The notes under the pieces were generated by a model that ran no database searches, was not told the origin of the DNA, and saw only the letters and a program-made list of their open reading frames with translations. Below, piece after piece: positions 26,272 through 38,577 of a DNA stretch of 64,000 nt; position 1 is the first letter of the stretch, and each line of letters starts with the position of its first letter. The position numbers and the translations under genes are program-made. This DNA is from Selaginella moellendorffii. Taxonomy: Eukaryota; Plantae; Lycopodiophyta. The DNA lies in NCBI RefSeq assembly GCF_000143415.4, contig NW_003314274.1, forward strand, positions 1,750,851 to 1,814,850, given 5' to 3'.

Positions 26272-26843
26272 ATGCAACAATTCTTGGTTTCTTAATAGTA
26301 GTGCTATTTCTGTTTATTATTATTTATTAATTTCGAAGTTTATAAATTATAAAAATATTTTATAATTTATAAATAGAAGATTAATCTTATTGAAATCAAC
26401 CATTAGATAGTAGAATAAACTAGAATATATTGAAATATATTTAGGAAAGTTTATAAATTATAAATACAAGATTAATCTAAAGGAATAACAACTGTTAGAT
26501 CATAGAATATTCCAAAAATTTTAAGCATGTTCTAAGTATATTCACTAAAAAGTTTGCTATGTGTTGGATGCAGCAATGTTTGGTATGCTTAATAGTAGTG
26601 TTATTCTTATTTATTGATTCTATTGGTCAAATGGAAATTTATAATTATAAATTTTTATATAATTTATAAAAAAGATTAATCTTATTGTATATCAACCATT
26701 AAATAGTAAAATAAAAAATAATATACTAAAAAGTGTTTAGGAAAATTTATAAATTATAACTGCAAAATTAATCTAAATGAATGACAACCGTTAGAAGGTA
26801 GAACATCTTAAAAATCCAAATATATTCTAGGTATATCCACTAC
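26272..26843. repeat. AT-rich tandem duplication, ~297 bp unit x2
   Basis: atgca(a/g)caat..ttggt...cttaatagtagtg at 26272 and 26568; both contain aagattaatcttattg and tttataaattataa. Confidence 0.85.
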
Positions 26844-29469
26844 CCTTATAGGTTTGCTTAAGAAAATAAAAAAATGACAAAAAATTGAAACTAAACTTAA
26901 CCACTTCCTCTAAAGCTAGCCTTTGACTCTTAAATTAAATGCTTGAATCCATGTTTTTGAGGCTTATTGACACAAGTTGTAGTCATGGCCCTTGCAAGAA
27001 ATCTTCCAAGCCCTCCAATGACCTCTTCTACTCCATTGGCTACTGCTCCAAAGGTATATGTAATATTAATACATATACTAATCTATCACAATAAGGAGGA
27101 GTTGCTGAACTTTTTGGGCCACTAGATCCAGCCGTTTAATGGGGGATAACTGTAAAGGGGTTATTTCTTTAACCACGTGTTAGCGAATAATCATATTGAT
27201 GTTTGCTCCCGGCCAATAGGAGGCAGCCAAGCTGCGTGGGGTGAGAGAAGAGGTGCAGTAACACGTGTCACATGCAAAGTGTACTGTCCCTGTCATGGGC
27301 ATCAAGATCACTCGAGCAGCAACAGCAGCCCAAGGCCTTGAGGAAGATTTGGTGACTAGAGTAGGATCGATCATCCTCCTGGTGGTGGAGCAAGGTGTCA
27401 CAGCATCTGGATGCGCTGCTTGCCTTGTTCATTAGCCATGGTGACAAAATCTTCAGCATGGAGATGCAATCAAGCAGCGAAAGAAAAACTATAGCTAGGT
27501 TATACTTCTCAAGATCATCTCCCAGGATTGCCAAGAGCTTTTCAGGAAGCAATGCAAAGAGCCCATCATCAAGAAATCCATTGAGAAGAGGGAATTTTTG
27601 CTAAACCATTTGAATTGGAAAAGACACATAACTGCAATTTTTGCTGGTGTGATTTTGCTCACAACTCCTATATTTGTGGCCAATGCTCTCATGATATGCT
27701 CCTGTCTTTTGAAAGAATGTTGGTAATTTTATTCTTTTCTTTTGTCCTTCAAGAAAGACAAGTGTTGTTTTATTTATTTTTCTCTAGATTGGAGCTCACT
27801 CGATGCATTGCAAATCCTTTGTGCTCGCAAACTTGTAATGATCAACTTGACAAGACTAAGTGCCAAGTAAGTCTTGAGATTTTGTGTAAAATTTCTTTTG
27901 GATCAATCAATTGTTGTGATTCAAGAATACTTTCAAATAAAATATGGAGACATTTTTTAGAACAAAGTGGTGGATGAATTTAACAATTGCGCAGTAAGCC
28001 ACAAGACAAGGGGCATTTCCCAGTCCCACCACCCTGGGGCTCGTGAGTGTTGGGAATACTAAGATAATGTATGCAATATTTGATTAAGTAGTAATATTTT
28101 AAAATCTTTTTCCTAATTGTAAAAATAGTTTATTAGTACATAATACTATGGAATTATAGTTTTGATAGCATATATATTTACAAAAGATTTTGTTAGTAAT
28201 TATTTTCTCGACTGAATCTGGGTAGTAATATATGAATTTTTCTAAAAACTTATTGTTTTATATTCTAAGTAAACCACATAATTAAGTAATGTCATGCTAA
28301 TAATAATGAGTAATTATTATTCTTAGTAATTTTTTTCTTAATATAAGTTTATCTCAAGTAAAAATATAATTTATATATAACATATTATTAATAATAGAAA
28401 TTTTATTTTTACTTTTTTCTGGTCGGGTAATTTTCTAAATATATTCATATTTCCAAATAATAATTTGTATTTAATATTTTTATTAATAAATATTTATTAT
28501 TACTTTTATCTGGGAATATATTTTGTTCTAAATATTTATATTATCAAGTTTACAAGAATTGATTTTTGTGTTCACCTAACATTTGCTGGGCATAATTCCC
28601 TCAATTCTTCTTTCAAAGTGAAATACAATATTTATTTTGATACTATTCCATTTTTAGTTTTTAATATAGCAAAATTATAACAATCAATATAACATATACT
28701 GGACAACATATGCTAACTAATACTAACTTTTCTTTATTAACAGAAGGTCTAGAAATCTACCCATGAATGCTTCTTTAGCCGCAGCTGTACATTGTGGGAT
28801 AGAATTAGTGCGCGCTGTAGCTGTGTAATCTCATGAGTTCTTGGGAATTGAATTTCAGTCCAAAAGTGATTGGGGTAAAATTTTAGGGCTCGATGGTTTA
28901 AGCTTCAGGTCCTTTTTCTTAACTCCTCCGTTGTTAGAAGGATGAAATAAAAAAGTAGTCTCGGAGGAAATCGAGACAAGGCAAATAAAATCTTCGAATA
29001 TGCTAATCGCAGTTTCAGTTTGAGCAGCTCTGACAACGATGGAACATCTGGTATTTCTTGAAATTTTTGTTCACTTTCCATAGTTTTCTCGCCTGCTTCG
29101 ACGTACTGACAGTCATATTGCTATATATTTATCTTTAAACGCCCAGTCCGGCTGGCTGGGATGATACATCGTCTCGTTCTCGGCTAAAGAATAATTTATC
29201 AGGTATGCCTTATAGATTTTGCAAAAAACAAAAAGAACAGAAATAAAGAGAAGAAAAAGAAATAGCTGGTTTCTGATTTTCATATTGTTTAATTTTAGAG
29301 AAGGCATTTGGCGTTGCCTGCGTCTAAACACTTGGTGAAGCTTGTAGCCGGCACTTGCCTTACCCCAGTTGCTATGCCATGGGCAGCCCGCCGGCTGAAA
29401 CTCTACGTAAGCGACAAACTCGAGCCAACTAAATGAATACAAGGCACTGACGCTGGGGTTTTAACAGGG

Positions 29470-31746
29470 ATGTTCGACGCACCCATCAAGCTTCTGCTTG
29501 TCATACTTCTCCGCTTCTGCCCCTCGTGCAAATGTCTCATCGACATCGGGTTTCCAGGCGATCCTGAGATTGTTGTTGACTCGAACTTCAGCTGGACGCT
29601 CAACGGGGACCTCCATCCGTTTCTCTGCCAGAATTTATCCAAGCGTGCCTTCTCTGCGGGTTTTACTGGCAGCAAAACAGGTCTCTTCTACTTGGCGGTG
29701 TATTACGTGAAAGCAGGCGGTGAAAATCATGCCAGCGAAACCAGCGCAGTGTGGAAAGCAAACAACGGAAGGCCGGTGCCTCTCGGTGCAAGTTTGAAGC
29801 TCCAAGTCGATGGAAACTTGGTACTCTACAATCCTGACGGCACCGAAAGCTGGTCGACTAAAACGTCTGGACTTGGTGTGGCAGGCATGCGGCTGAATCA
29901 TACTGGAAACCTTGTTCTTTACAGGGAAGATGACCAGGTTGTGTAGCAAAGCTTTGATCATCCTACGGATACTCTTGTACCTCACCAGCTGATGAAAACG
30001 GGGATGAAACTTGTTTCCAGCAGTCCCGGTGGAACAGGTGAAGGATACTTTTCATTCGAAGTACAACCTTACGCATTGGTTTTGTCCGCTCAGTCGCCTC
30101 TGCAGCGCTATGGAGTGTGGAAGTTCGACCAAGAGATTGGTTTTGTTGGCGTCAACTCTTCGAGCTTCAATGTCTACAACAGGAAAATGACAGTTATTCA
30201 GTCGGTAGCACTGAGCATAGTCTACAGTGTGAGGAGAATACAGCTCTTCTCTACTGGAGAAGTGGTTGCGGACATCGACTGGGACATCCTCGATCTGACC
30301 AAGTTCTTCAATGGCTGGATTGGCTGGGATCTCTCTTATCGGGGGGTCTGCGGAAGATACAGTATGACCAGGGAAGGTGAGTGCCATTGCATAGGCTTGA
30401 AGTCTGACAAAGGCACGTAAACCTACTTGGAACCAGTGGATTCTTTGGACGGCACACTTGGTTGCCGTCTTTCTCATGAAGGGGACATAGCTATGGAGTA
30501 CAGGTTGGTGGCAGGGGATAAGTTCTACGACTACTTGCCGCTCAAGTTCATGCAAGGAGCTATCTTGTCACAGGCGGACTGCCTGGAGACGTGCTTGACG
30601 AATAGTTCGTGCAAGGCAGTTCTTTTCGAGGACAACAATAGGACGTGCTTTCATCTCACGGAAGTTTACACACTCAACGTGACAAGAGCTCCAGCGTTCT
30701 CGGCATTTATCAAGGTGAAAACCGGGGAGTCTAAGTTGGTAGTACACAATGCCAAGCATAGCAAAGCCGGAGTCCTTATAACGGCAGTCCTAGGGATTGC
30801 TGCGCTCACAGTGACAGTCATCGTATCAGCGGGTGCTTATTGGAAGAACAAGGTTGATTTCTACTTCAAAAGCCGTCGACAGCGCTCGCAGGCTATAGTC
30901 TCTGGTGCTGCACAAGCTCCACGTCCTTTCAACTTGAACGAGCTGGAAATGGCCACGAGAAACTTCAGCAAGAGGATTGGCAGTGGAGGATTCGGCACGG
31001 TTTTCGAAGGATCTCTGTCGGATGGATCCAGGATTGCTGTCAAGCGCCTTGACGATTCAAACCAAGGCGAGAAGCAGTTCAAGGCGGAGGTGAGAGCCAT
31101 TTGCAACATCCATCACAGAAACTTGGTCAGCCTGAGAGGCTACTGCTCGCAAAAACCACACCACTTTCTGGTTTACGACTACGTCCACAATGGCTCGCTC
31201 GATAGGTGGCTCTTCGACAGCAGCAAAGCGAAGAGCCTGGATTGGAACCGGAGGTTTTTGATCGTTCAGGACATAGCCAGGGGCCTCGCATATCTTCACG
31301 AAGAATGCAGCAGCACAGTGCTCCACCTCGACATCAAGCCTCAGAACGTACTCCTGGACGAGAGCTTCACGGCAAAGATCTCCGACTTTGGACTGTCCAG
31401 GATGCTCGGAGGCGATGGTAGAACAGACAATGCGGTGACTGCGATCAAGGGAACTCCAGGATACATGGCTCCAGAGTGGCTGACACAAGCGAAAGTTACA
31501 AAGGCACTGGATGTCTACAGCTTTGGGATTGTGGTTTTGGAGATTATCACAGGCCTCAGTGCCGTGGATGAGAGGATGAGTAGGCAAAATGTATCAAGCA
31601 CGCTTAAGGTGGTGATAGATCAAGGCATGGATAGGACCAAGAGAAGCCAAATAGAGAATTTGATCCAAATTGGATTGTGGTGCACGAAAGTGGAGCAAAG
31701 CCAAAGACCTTCGATGGTGGAAGTTGTCAAGGTGCTAGAAATCTAA
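29470..31746 (+). pseudogene. G-type lectin S-domain receptor-like kinase (SD-2 type, non-RD), intronless, two in-frame stops
   Basis: Three ORFs in one frame: B-lectin (VWKAN, QVDGNLVL, V*QSFDHPTDTL), EGF/PAN cysteines, TM, kinase (GSGGFG, IAVK, HLDIKPQN, DFG, GTPGYMAPEW). Stops TAG 29944-29946 and TAA 30418-30420. Confidence 0.88.
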
Positions 31747-31804
31747 TGTAGTTCATTAATTATTATCTAAGTTAATATTAGTTTAGTCTTGGGAATTTGC
31801 CCTA

Positions 31805-32683
31805 ATGGAGAGGCTCGTGAAAAAATATGAGCAGCGATACAAGAGAGCCAACGAATGTCTGGCGCGATGGAATACCTCGCAAGCTAAGTTGCTGGGTCTC
31901 TTCTCCAATGCGGCGGCTGTGATCCAGCGTTTCCCGGTATGGTTTTAGATTTCTTCCTGGTTGATTTTCTCCATAGCTTCTCCTGTCCAGGGATTGTTTT
32001 GAGGAATTGGAAGGGAGGGATGATCTCGTCGGGAAACAAGCCGAGTCGCTGGAGAAAATCTTGTCCATCATGCGTGAAACACTGTAAGTGATTTGCTCTT
32101 GTTTGTGTGTCCGATCGATCTTTTTGCTGTTTTTTGTCATTCAAGGCTGGATCTGGAGGATGTTTGCAAAGATTTTGAGAAGCTGTGGCGAGACGCGGCC
32201 AATCTTTTGAAGAACGAGAAGCCCAAGCCTACAAGGCAGCAGCTCCAGCAGCGTTTTGGTTCCCGGCCCAGTCTAGAAGATTGCGTCAGTGGACTCAAAG
32301 AATTATACGCCATGCACAGAGACGAGTAAGCTCCTCAATTTTTCATTTTTTCTTTGGGTTTTTTTTTTTTTTTGGCAAGTTTGCCTGGGTTGCCAAAATA
32401 CTTGTTTTTTTTCTTCAGGAAATGTTCTAATCGAGTGCTTTGCAGATATGCTCTCAAAGCCGATATTATTTCCAGTCTGACTTACGACACAAAGGCAAAC
32501 GATATTGCTGCAATGCAAACTGTTTTGGCGGATCAGCCCAACCTTCCTCCGGACGAAGGTACCTTTTTTTTTATAAAAACACAACAAGAGAAAAATGAAA
32601 AAAAAAAAAAACAAAAACTGTGATTGTGAATTGCCACAGTCGAAACAATTTTTAATATGGTATTTGCTGGAGGAGGACGCTAA
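31805..32683 (+). CDS. At5g43822-like conserved protein (C1orf109/CK2S-related), 5 exons
   Basis: Spliced MERLVKKYEQRYKRANE...KQAESLEKIL...FEKLWRDA...RPSLEDCVSGL..MHRDEY.LK...DQPNLPPDEVETIFNMVFA matches the recalled family pattern. Confidence 0.8.
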
Positions 32684-33352
32684 AGAACAAAAAGAAAGAA
32701 GAACAAATCATATACAAAGGTACCCGTTTGAGCTTAAGAAAATTAGATTCCCCGAGGCGACGAGTTCTATCTAGGACCGATCAAATCTTTTCAATAGGGA
32801 GGTTCCAGTGATCCACTCGGAAAGGGATGGGAGAACCGATAAATTTAATTCCCCGTATTCACTGGAGGGGGAAGAAGAACAACCAAATATATTGGATCGG
32901 ATTCTCCTTGTAGAGGTACTTTGTGAGGTTACAGCGCACCAAAGCTCATTTGGTTTGATATCTCGAGTAGTAAAAGTTTGGTAAAGGCTCTCCTCAAACG
33001 CAGGAACAAACGGGACGATTTACTTGGATCGAGCTTTTGGAGCTTTGTAAGGAAGAAGAAGAAGAAGAAGAAGATCAGAAGACAGACAGGAAAGGGATGG
33101 CAGAACAAACATGACTGTGTATCAAATTTGTTTCTTCCTGGCTCTTTGCGCTGTTTTATTGTGGTTGACACTATCCCACATGGTCCTCTTTGAAATACAA
33201 GGCACGGGACGAACAAAAATTCTAAAAGAGACAGCAAAGCTATCGTTGAACAGTAGAGAAAAGAAGAAAAATGTGCTGATGAGTCCGTAATATCTCAGAT
33301 AAAAATGAAAAAAAGAAAAAAGAAAAAAAGGAACGATGGATCAGAAAAAGGA

Positions 33353-33463
33353 GAGTCAATACCCGAACCATTAGCCTTGCCTGGTCTGGAAAAACGGAAG
33401 TTTGTCGATGGAAATATTCTGGCCAGAGGCGAGGAAGGATCGTCTGTGGTGCGCTCTTGACTC
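33353..33463 (-). promoter_or_regulatory. Paired conserved 3'UTR motifs of HD-ZIP IV mRNA
   Basis: In mRNA sense, GAGTCAAGAGCGCACCA (33463-33447) and TGGTTCGGGTATTGACTC (33370-33353) are partly complementary. Confidence 0.85.
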
Positions 33464-33640
33464 TGTCCTTTTTCTTTCCCGTGTGATGTTTGTGAGTTTT
33501 CTCCTCCTCTGTTTGTCTTGAATGCTGCGATCTTCACCATGCCTGTAATGCCTGTACTAGCTCTTTCTCTGTCCAATCCGAAAGCTATATCGAAACCACT
33601 GTAGCTCTTTCTCTGTCCAATCCATGCTCGAGACTGAAAC

Positions 33641-36314
33641 TTAGCAGCAGCCGAGAGCGGTCTTGATGCGTTGCACGGTGCTGGAGATGAGGCTGTTGAC
33701 AGTGGCCACGGACTCCAAGTTTAGCTTGGCGGTGGGGACGTTGCTGACTAGTATCTGGAAAGCCACCGTGAGGAGAGCGCCGCTGCTAGAAGAAGAGCTT
33801 GCCTCTGCTAGATCAGCAGCACCGCCACCGCCAGCACCGCCACCCTCTTGCGTTGTACGTTGAGATACTGCTCCATCCGGTGAGATGGCAAATCCTGACG
33901 GTAACAGCGCCACGGTGGCTGGATCCCCTCCTTGCATCACCAGATTCATCGCCGGAATATCTACGGGAGCGTAAACTATGAGCGAGCCGGATGCATCGGT
34001 ACAGCTCTCCTGCAAGATGAGCATGTTACTCTGCGACGTATTCAATGCCTGCCGTAGTAAAAAGGAGGCAAAAAAAAAAAAAAAGGTTAGTAGTCGTCCA
34101 AAGCTGCTGCTTTTAAAGTGTGTGCTTACACCAACGCGGAGGAGCGAGACGACGCAGCCCGGGTCTTGGCCGGTTGCAACTCGTGCTATCTCCTGGACTG
34201 CACCACCGTTTGAAAGGATATCCCACTAGAAACGTAAATGTCATTTGTAATGAGGGACAAGAAGCTGGGCTTACCTCGCTTCGCAGCCTCTCGTCCCGGA
34301 GGAACTCGAACAGGCGCTGCGAGTTTACCGGCACCCACAGGGACGTCGCAGCGCTGAGAACAATGCCGGGAGGTTCACCTGGATTGTTGACGCTCTTACG
34401 AGTCATTACGCGGATGTCCTCTTCGCCGGCGCCAGAGAGCGTGGTCCATGTGTGTACAATCGAGGCACTAACACCGGCGCAGTAGTTACTCGTCATGCGC
34501 TGGGCAAGGAACAGCATGCTCCGTCGACCATTTGCATTTGGAATGACTGCAACCAAAAGGAAGAAAAAGGAAAAGCAACACTTTAAAGCTTTAGGTGGCA
34601 GGACAAATGAATTCAAGCATACCACCCAGATCTCTAGCTGATATGTTGTTGGTTAGCATGATTCCCAGCCTCTCGCACTGACGCTGCAAGATGGCGAGCC
34701 ATCTCTTTGCGCCGAAGGCCGCACCACTGCACACCAGCCCATGATATATGTTTTCAGTTTGGCGGTGATCGGCTTCTATGTGTTGCACTGCCGTCACCTA
34801 CAGGAAGACCATGCGAATGAAACTGTACAGGCTCGAGAATAGCAAGACGAACCTTTGAGTATCCATTTTGCAAGTCTTCGATGAAGAAACCAGAAGGACG
34901 CATCCTGCACCGCAATTGCGGGGCCGGATTATCCCGAAGGCCGTCGATAGAGACGTCAACAATCGCCCACACGCGTTCGGAATGCTGCTTGCAGTACCTG
35001 AGAAAGAAGAACTCCCGTGTAGGAACCAAAGGCGAAAGGATTTGCAATTCTGCATACAACTATCGGGCAGTTTTGCTTGATGTTTCCAGCCTCGAAAAAA
35101 CAAAATGTAAAAGTCAAGACTTTCTCACCAGTTGCAGCGCGTTGTTCCAATTGCCGCCGACGCCAGTTGTGAGAACTTGCGTAGTAAAAGCTCTTGACAC
35201 TATGTTCGAAAACATGTCGACCCATCTGCCCTGCAGAACCTTGGAATGGTTAAAAAACTGCGAAAAAGACACACTCGGAAGTACTCACAACGTTCATGAT
35301 GGTATCAATCAGCCCCGCTGCATTCATCATGACCAGACCAGTCTCTCTTGATGCTTCTGTTTCCATTCCCATCAGCCTTGGCCCCAGACCTCTTGGAAAT
35401 TGTCTGAAATACTCCTCCTGACTCAAAACTTCTTTTGTTCCATCCACACTACTCCACAGTGCACCGTCTGTTTCAGCTGCAACCAGCAGCAGCTCTTCCA
35501 TCGCAACTATTGCAAGCTCTGCGATAACTGGTTTCTCGGATTCCGTCACGCCGCCCGGTCGACTAGCCATTTCTAGAATGGATGGAACCGCGACGGAGTC
35601 CGACGTTCCAGTTGCAGTGATATCGAAGGGAAAATCTGGGAGAATGTTCAACGGAATGGCCGATCGAGTTATGTACTTCGCTACCAAAGCCGACACTCTA
35701 TTCAGCTGCATCAAAGACACGAAATTCAGCGTTTCGACCAGGCAGGATAACATTGCTCACCTCATCTCTCAGACGAGCATTTTCAATCCGGAGCTGCTGC
35801 TCGGTGAAAGACATCTCTCCTGGCGTAAGCTGCCCTCCACATTTGGGACAGCTCGCATCCTTCAGGGCCTCTCGCAATGCGATGTTCTCAGTTCGCAAGT
35901 TCTCATTCTCAGCTCTTAAAATGGAATTGTCTGCCCGTTCGTGATGAGCCTGCAATCATGGATCATCTTCTGAACAAGAAAAAAAGCACCTGATGGCAAG
36001 GCAAACACCTTCATCTGAGTACGTCGATTCTGAAACCAAAACTTGACCTGTCGTGGTTCAAGTCCGAGCTCTCTGCCGAGTTCTTGCCTTTGTTTCTCAT
36101 CGGGATGAGGACACTCCTTAAAGAACCTGTGGAAAAAACCCGTAAATGACGAGAATTCAAGCTCATGTACCCACATCTCCAGCTGCCGTGTTTGCTGGAC
36201 GGTGTGACGATGATATCTTTTCTTAGATGCTTGCAGGTCCGACTGATCTTCGAAATCATCACCAGAAGCACCCTCCATATCTCTCTCAGGTTTGGTTTCA
36301 TTACTCTTCAGCAA
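33641..36314 (-). CDS. Class IV HD-ZIP transcription factor (homeodomain, zipper, START, SAD); true start uncertain
   Basis: [95 protein letters not shown]. Confidence 0.96.
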
Positions 36315-38577
36315 TGAGCTTCCTGTTCAGCCTGAATTCCTGGAAGCGCTTTTGAGATGCTCACGCACAGCAATTCTCTTGCATTGCCATGGAATTCTGC
36401 ACAAAATCCCGTCAATGACATCTTCAAATGGAGTGCATTCGCCATGAATTGCCACCGACACTGACCAGGCCCCGAAAATTTCTAAAGTTTCTCTCCCTAG
36501 TGCCTTGCATCAGTCTTGTTTCATGGATCTGAAATGGAAGAACCTACAAGAAACACTATCGATGTCAGCTGAGATAGTGCACTAAAATCACTTACAAGTT
36601 TTCTGAAGAGCCTTCAACGAGCCGCATAAACTTGAAGCCAACAAAGTGCTTTAAGACAACGGAACCTTCGGCATCTTCTGGCACAAGAAGTAGCGAGAGA
36701 AGCGAAGCTCAAGAATGAATAGGGAGGAGTCCAGTAAGAGCAGCGAAGCATAGCTGGATTCTATGTATGAATATGAAATCGAGGTACAGGGGCCCATTAA
36801 GAAGGAACAGTTGTCCAAGAATACAGAAAAAACAATGCAAATGAAAAACTAGAAAAAAGGCTTGAGATTCAAGTATAAAATGCCAGGAAAGGATAAAATC
36901 ATGTCATGAGCGGCATGTTTTAAGCGTCTGTGGTCAGCAAAGTGAAACATAATCTTGACTTCCAGAGGTACGATTTGTTAAGCTTACCGGGGACTTGCTC
37001 CCACCCCTTAATAGAGTCGGTCAGAATATGTACCGCAAGTCTTTTGTTAAACCCGTCTAGACTTTCTCTGCAAGAAAGGTACTGGTGAGGAAAATGCAAA
37101 GAAAACGCAAAGGAGGCAGAACCTGTTGATATTGTGGTGTTGTGGGCCTCTATCTTGACCTTTGTTTTGCCGCATTAAGCTTTTCTTTCTACTTTTCTAC
37201 CCCCGACTGTTCTGGAACGCTGCAAAAAACACCGTCGCCATTTTCTTCCTGCCATTTTGTTGCCTCGCATACAAAAGTCAGTAAAACCACCAGAGAAAAA
37301 TGTCGCAAACCTGATTGAAAAATTAGTCTTAGTGTCAATCTTTTGCAGCTTTGACACTGCAAGAGCACGTAGAGACTGTTCCCTGCCTGCCCTGCACAGT
37401 CTTTCACCTTGCACTGGTCAATTACACAGATAGGAAGCCTCTACCATCTTTTGAGCAGCTTAAACTACTCGCTCGAGCTTAGCGTTTTGGCCTGTGCAAG
37501 ACTTCTGGAGTCGTCCTTTTCAGCCAGTGCAAGCTCAACCGACCCCTCTGACTTTATGTTACGTAAAAAGCCATCTTCTGTTCATATCTTTTTGTATCGC
37601 CATGTAGAGGAAAGGGATGGCCGGTCACGTTGTCACTGGAGGTGTCCACGCGATCTTGTGAACTTTCAAGCCGGTTAATGGGTCTAGAAAAAAGGAAAGA
37701 GCAAAAAATCAGAAGAAAGAGAAGACAAAGAAAAAGAAACCTTTGCTTATCGAAACATTGCCACATTTTTTAGGCTGAAGCTCGCAAGATTCTTCTAAGC
37801 CAACTGGATTGATCGATCCTCGCGACTCAGAATATCATAAGGAGAATTGCATGGAAAAACCTGGAAGCCAAGCCATTGGCGCCACGAAATCCTCGCGGCA
37901 AGCGCCAGCGCCATCGCTCGCGGGTCCCCATCGCAGCTCGCGAACAAAGACCCTTAGGGCAAGACCAGAAAATGGCGCCAAATTTCTAATTCGCTAACTG
38001 GTTAGAAAAAGCGAGAGGGGTTCGATACTCGCTCGCTGCCGGACAAACGCGAGAAGGAAGAAGATTCTTCCATTCCCTTGGCAGATGCATGGTTCTAACG
38101 TCCTATCCTTGCCTTCACAGACTGGGATAGAGGAGCTGTCCCAAAGGAAGATCTCGCGAGAAGACGACTGGAAAACTTTTCTTTTCCGGTGTGGGCATTG
38201 GAAATCTCGCGGTTCTAGCTATCGAGCGATAGCAGTAGCACAGCGCCTATCCAAAACCACACCAATCATAACCCTGGCCAAGCAACGCGAAAACAAAAAC
38301 CACCACCACGCAAAAAGACGTAAGTCTTAAGCCGAGTGATGCGTCATTCTGGCCTACCTGAGAGAGCATGTACCGCGCGGGCCAGGAAATCGAGGATGTG
38401 TGTCCAGACGAGTCTCTTTCCTGGCTTTTATTGCCGGTTTCTAAAAGATCTCACAGAGAAAGAGCCAGTCCAGCTTAGTAAGGAAAAAAAGAAGAAAAAA
38501 TCCAGAGGAACTTACAACGTCAAAATCAATGTATCTTTGGATCACCGGTGGTTGAAGCGCTCCGCGTCTCACTTTGA

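Noticed and set aside
27180-28050. Broken ORFs and possible Helitron 3' hairpin
   Set aside because: No recognisable domain and no convincing hairpin plus CTRR end.
29944-30420. RNA editing or readthrough repairing the RLK stops
   Set aside because: Nuclear gene; two different stop codons; simple mutation is sufficient.
32700-32930. Possible organellar DNA insertion
   Set aside because: No organellar gene could be identified; likely UTR or spacer.
33276-33310. CTGATGAGTCC hammerhead ribozyme core
   Set aside because: Lacks the complementary GGAC-GAAA half and flanking stems.
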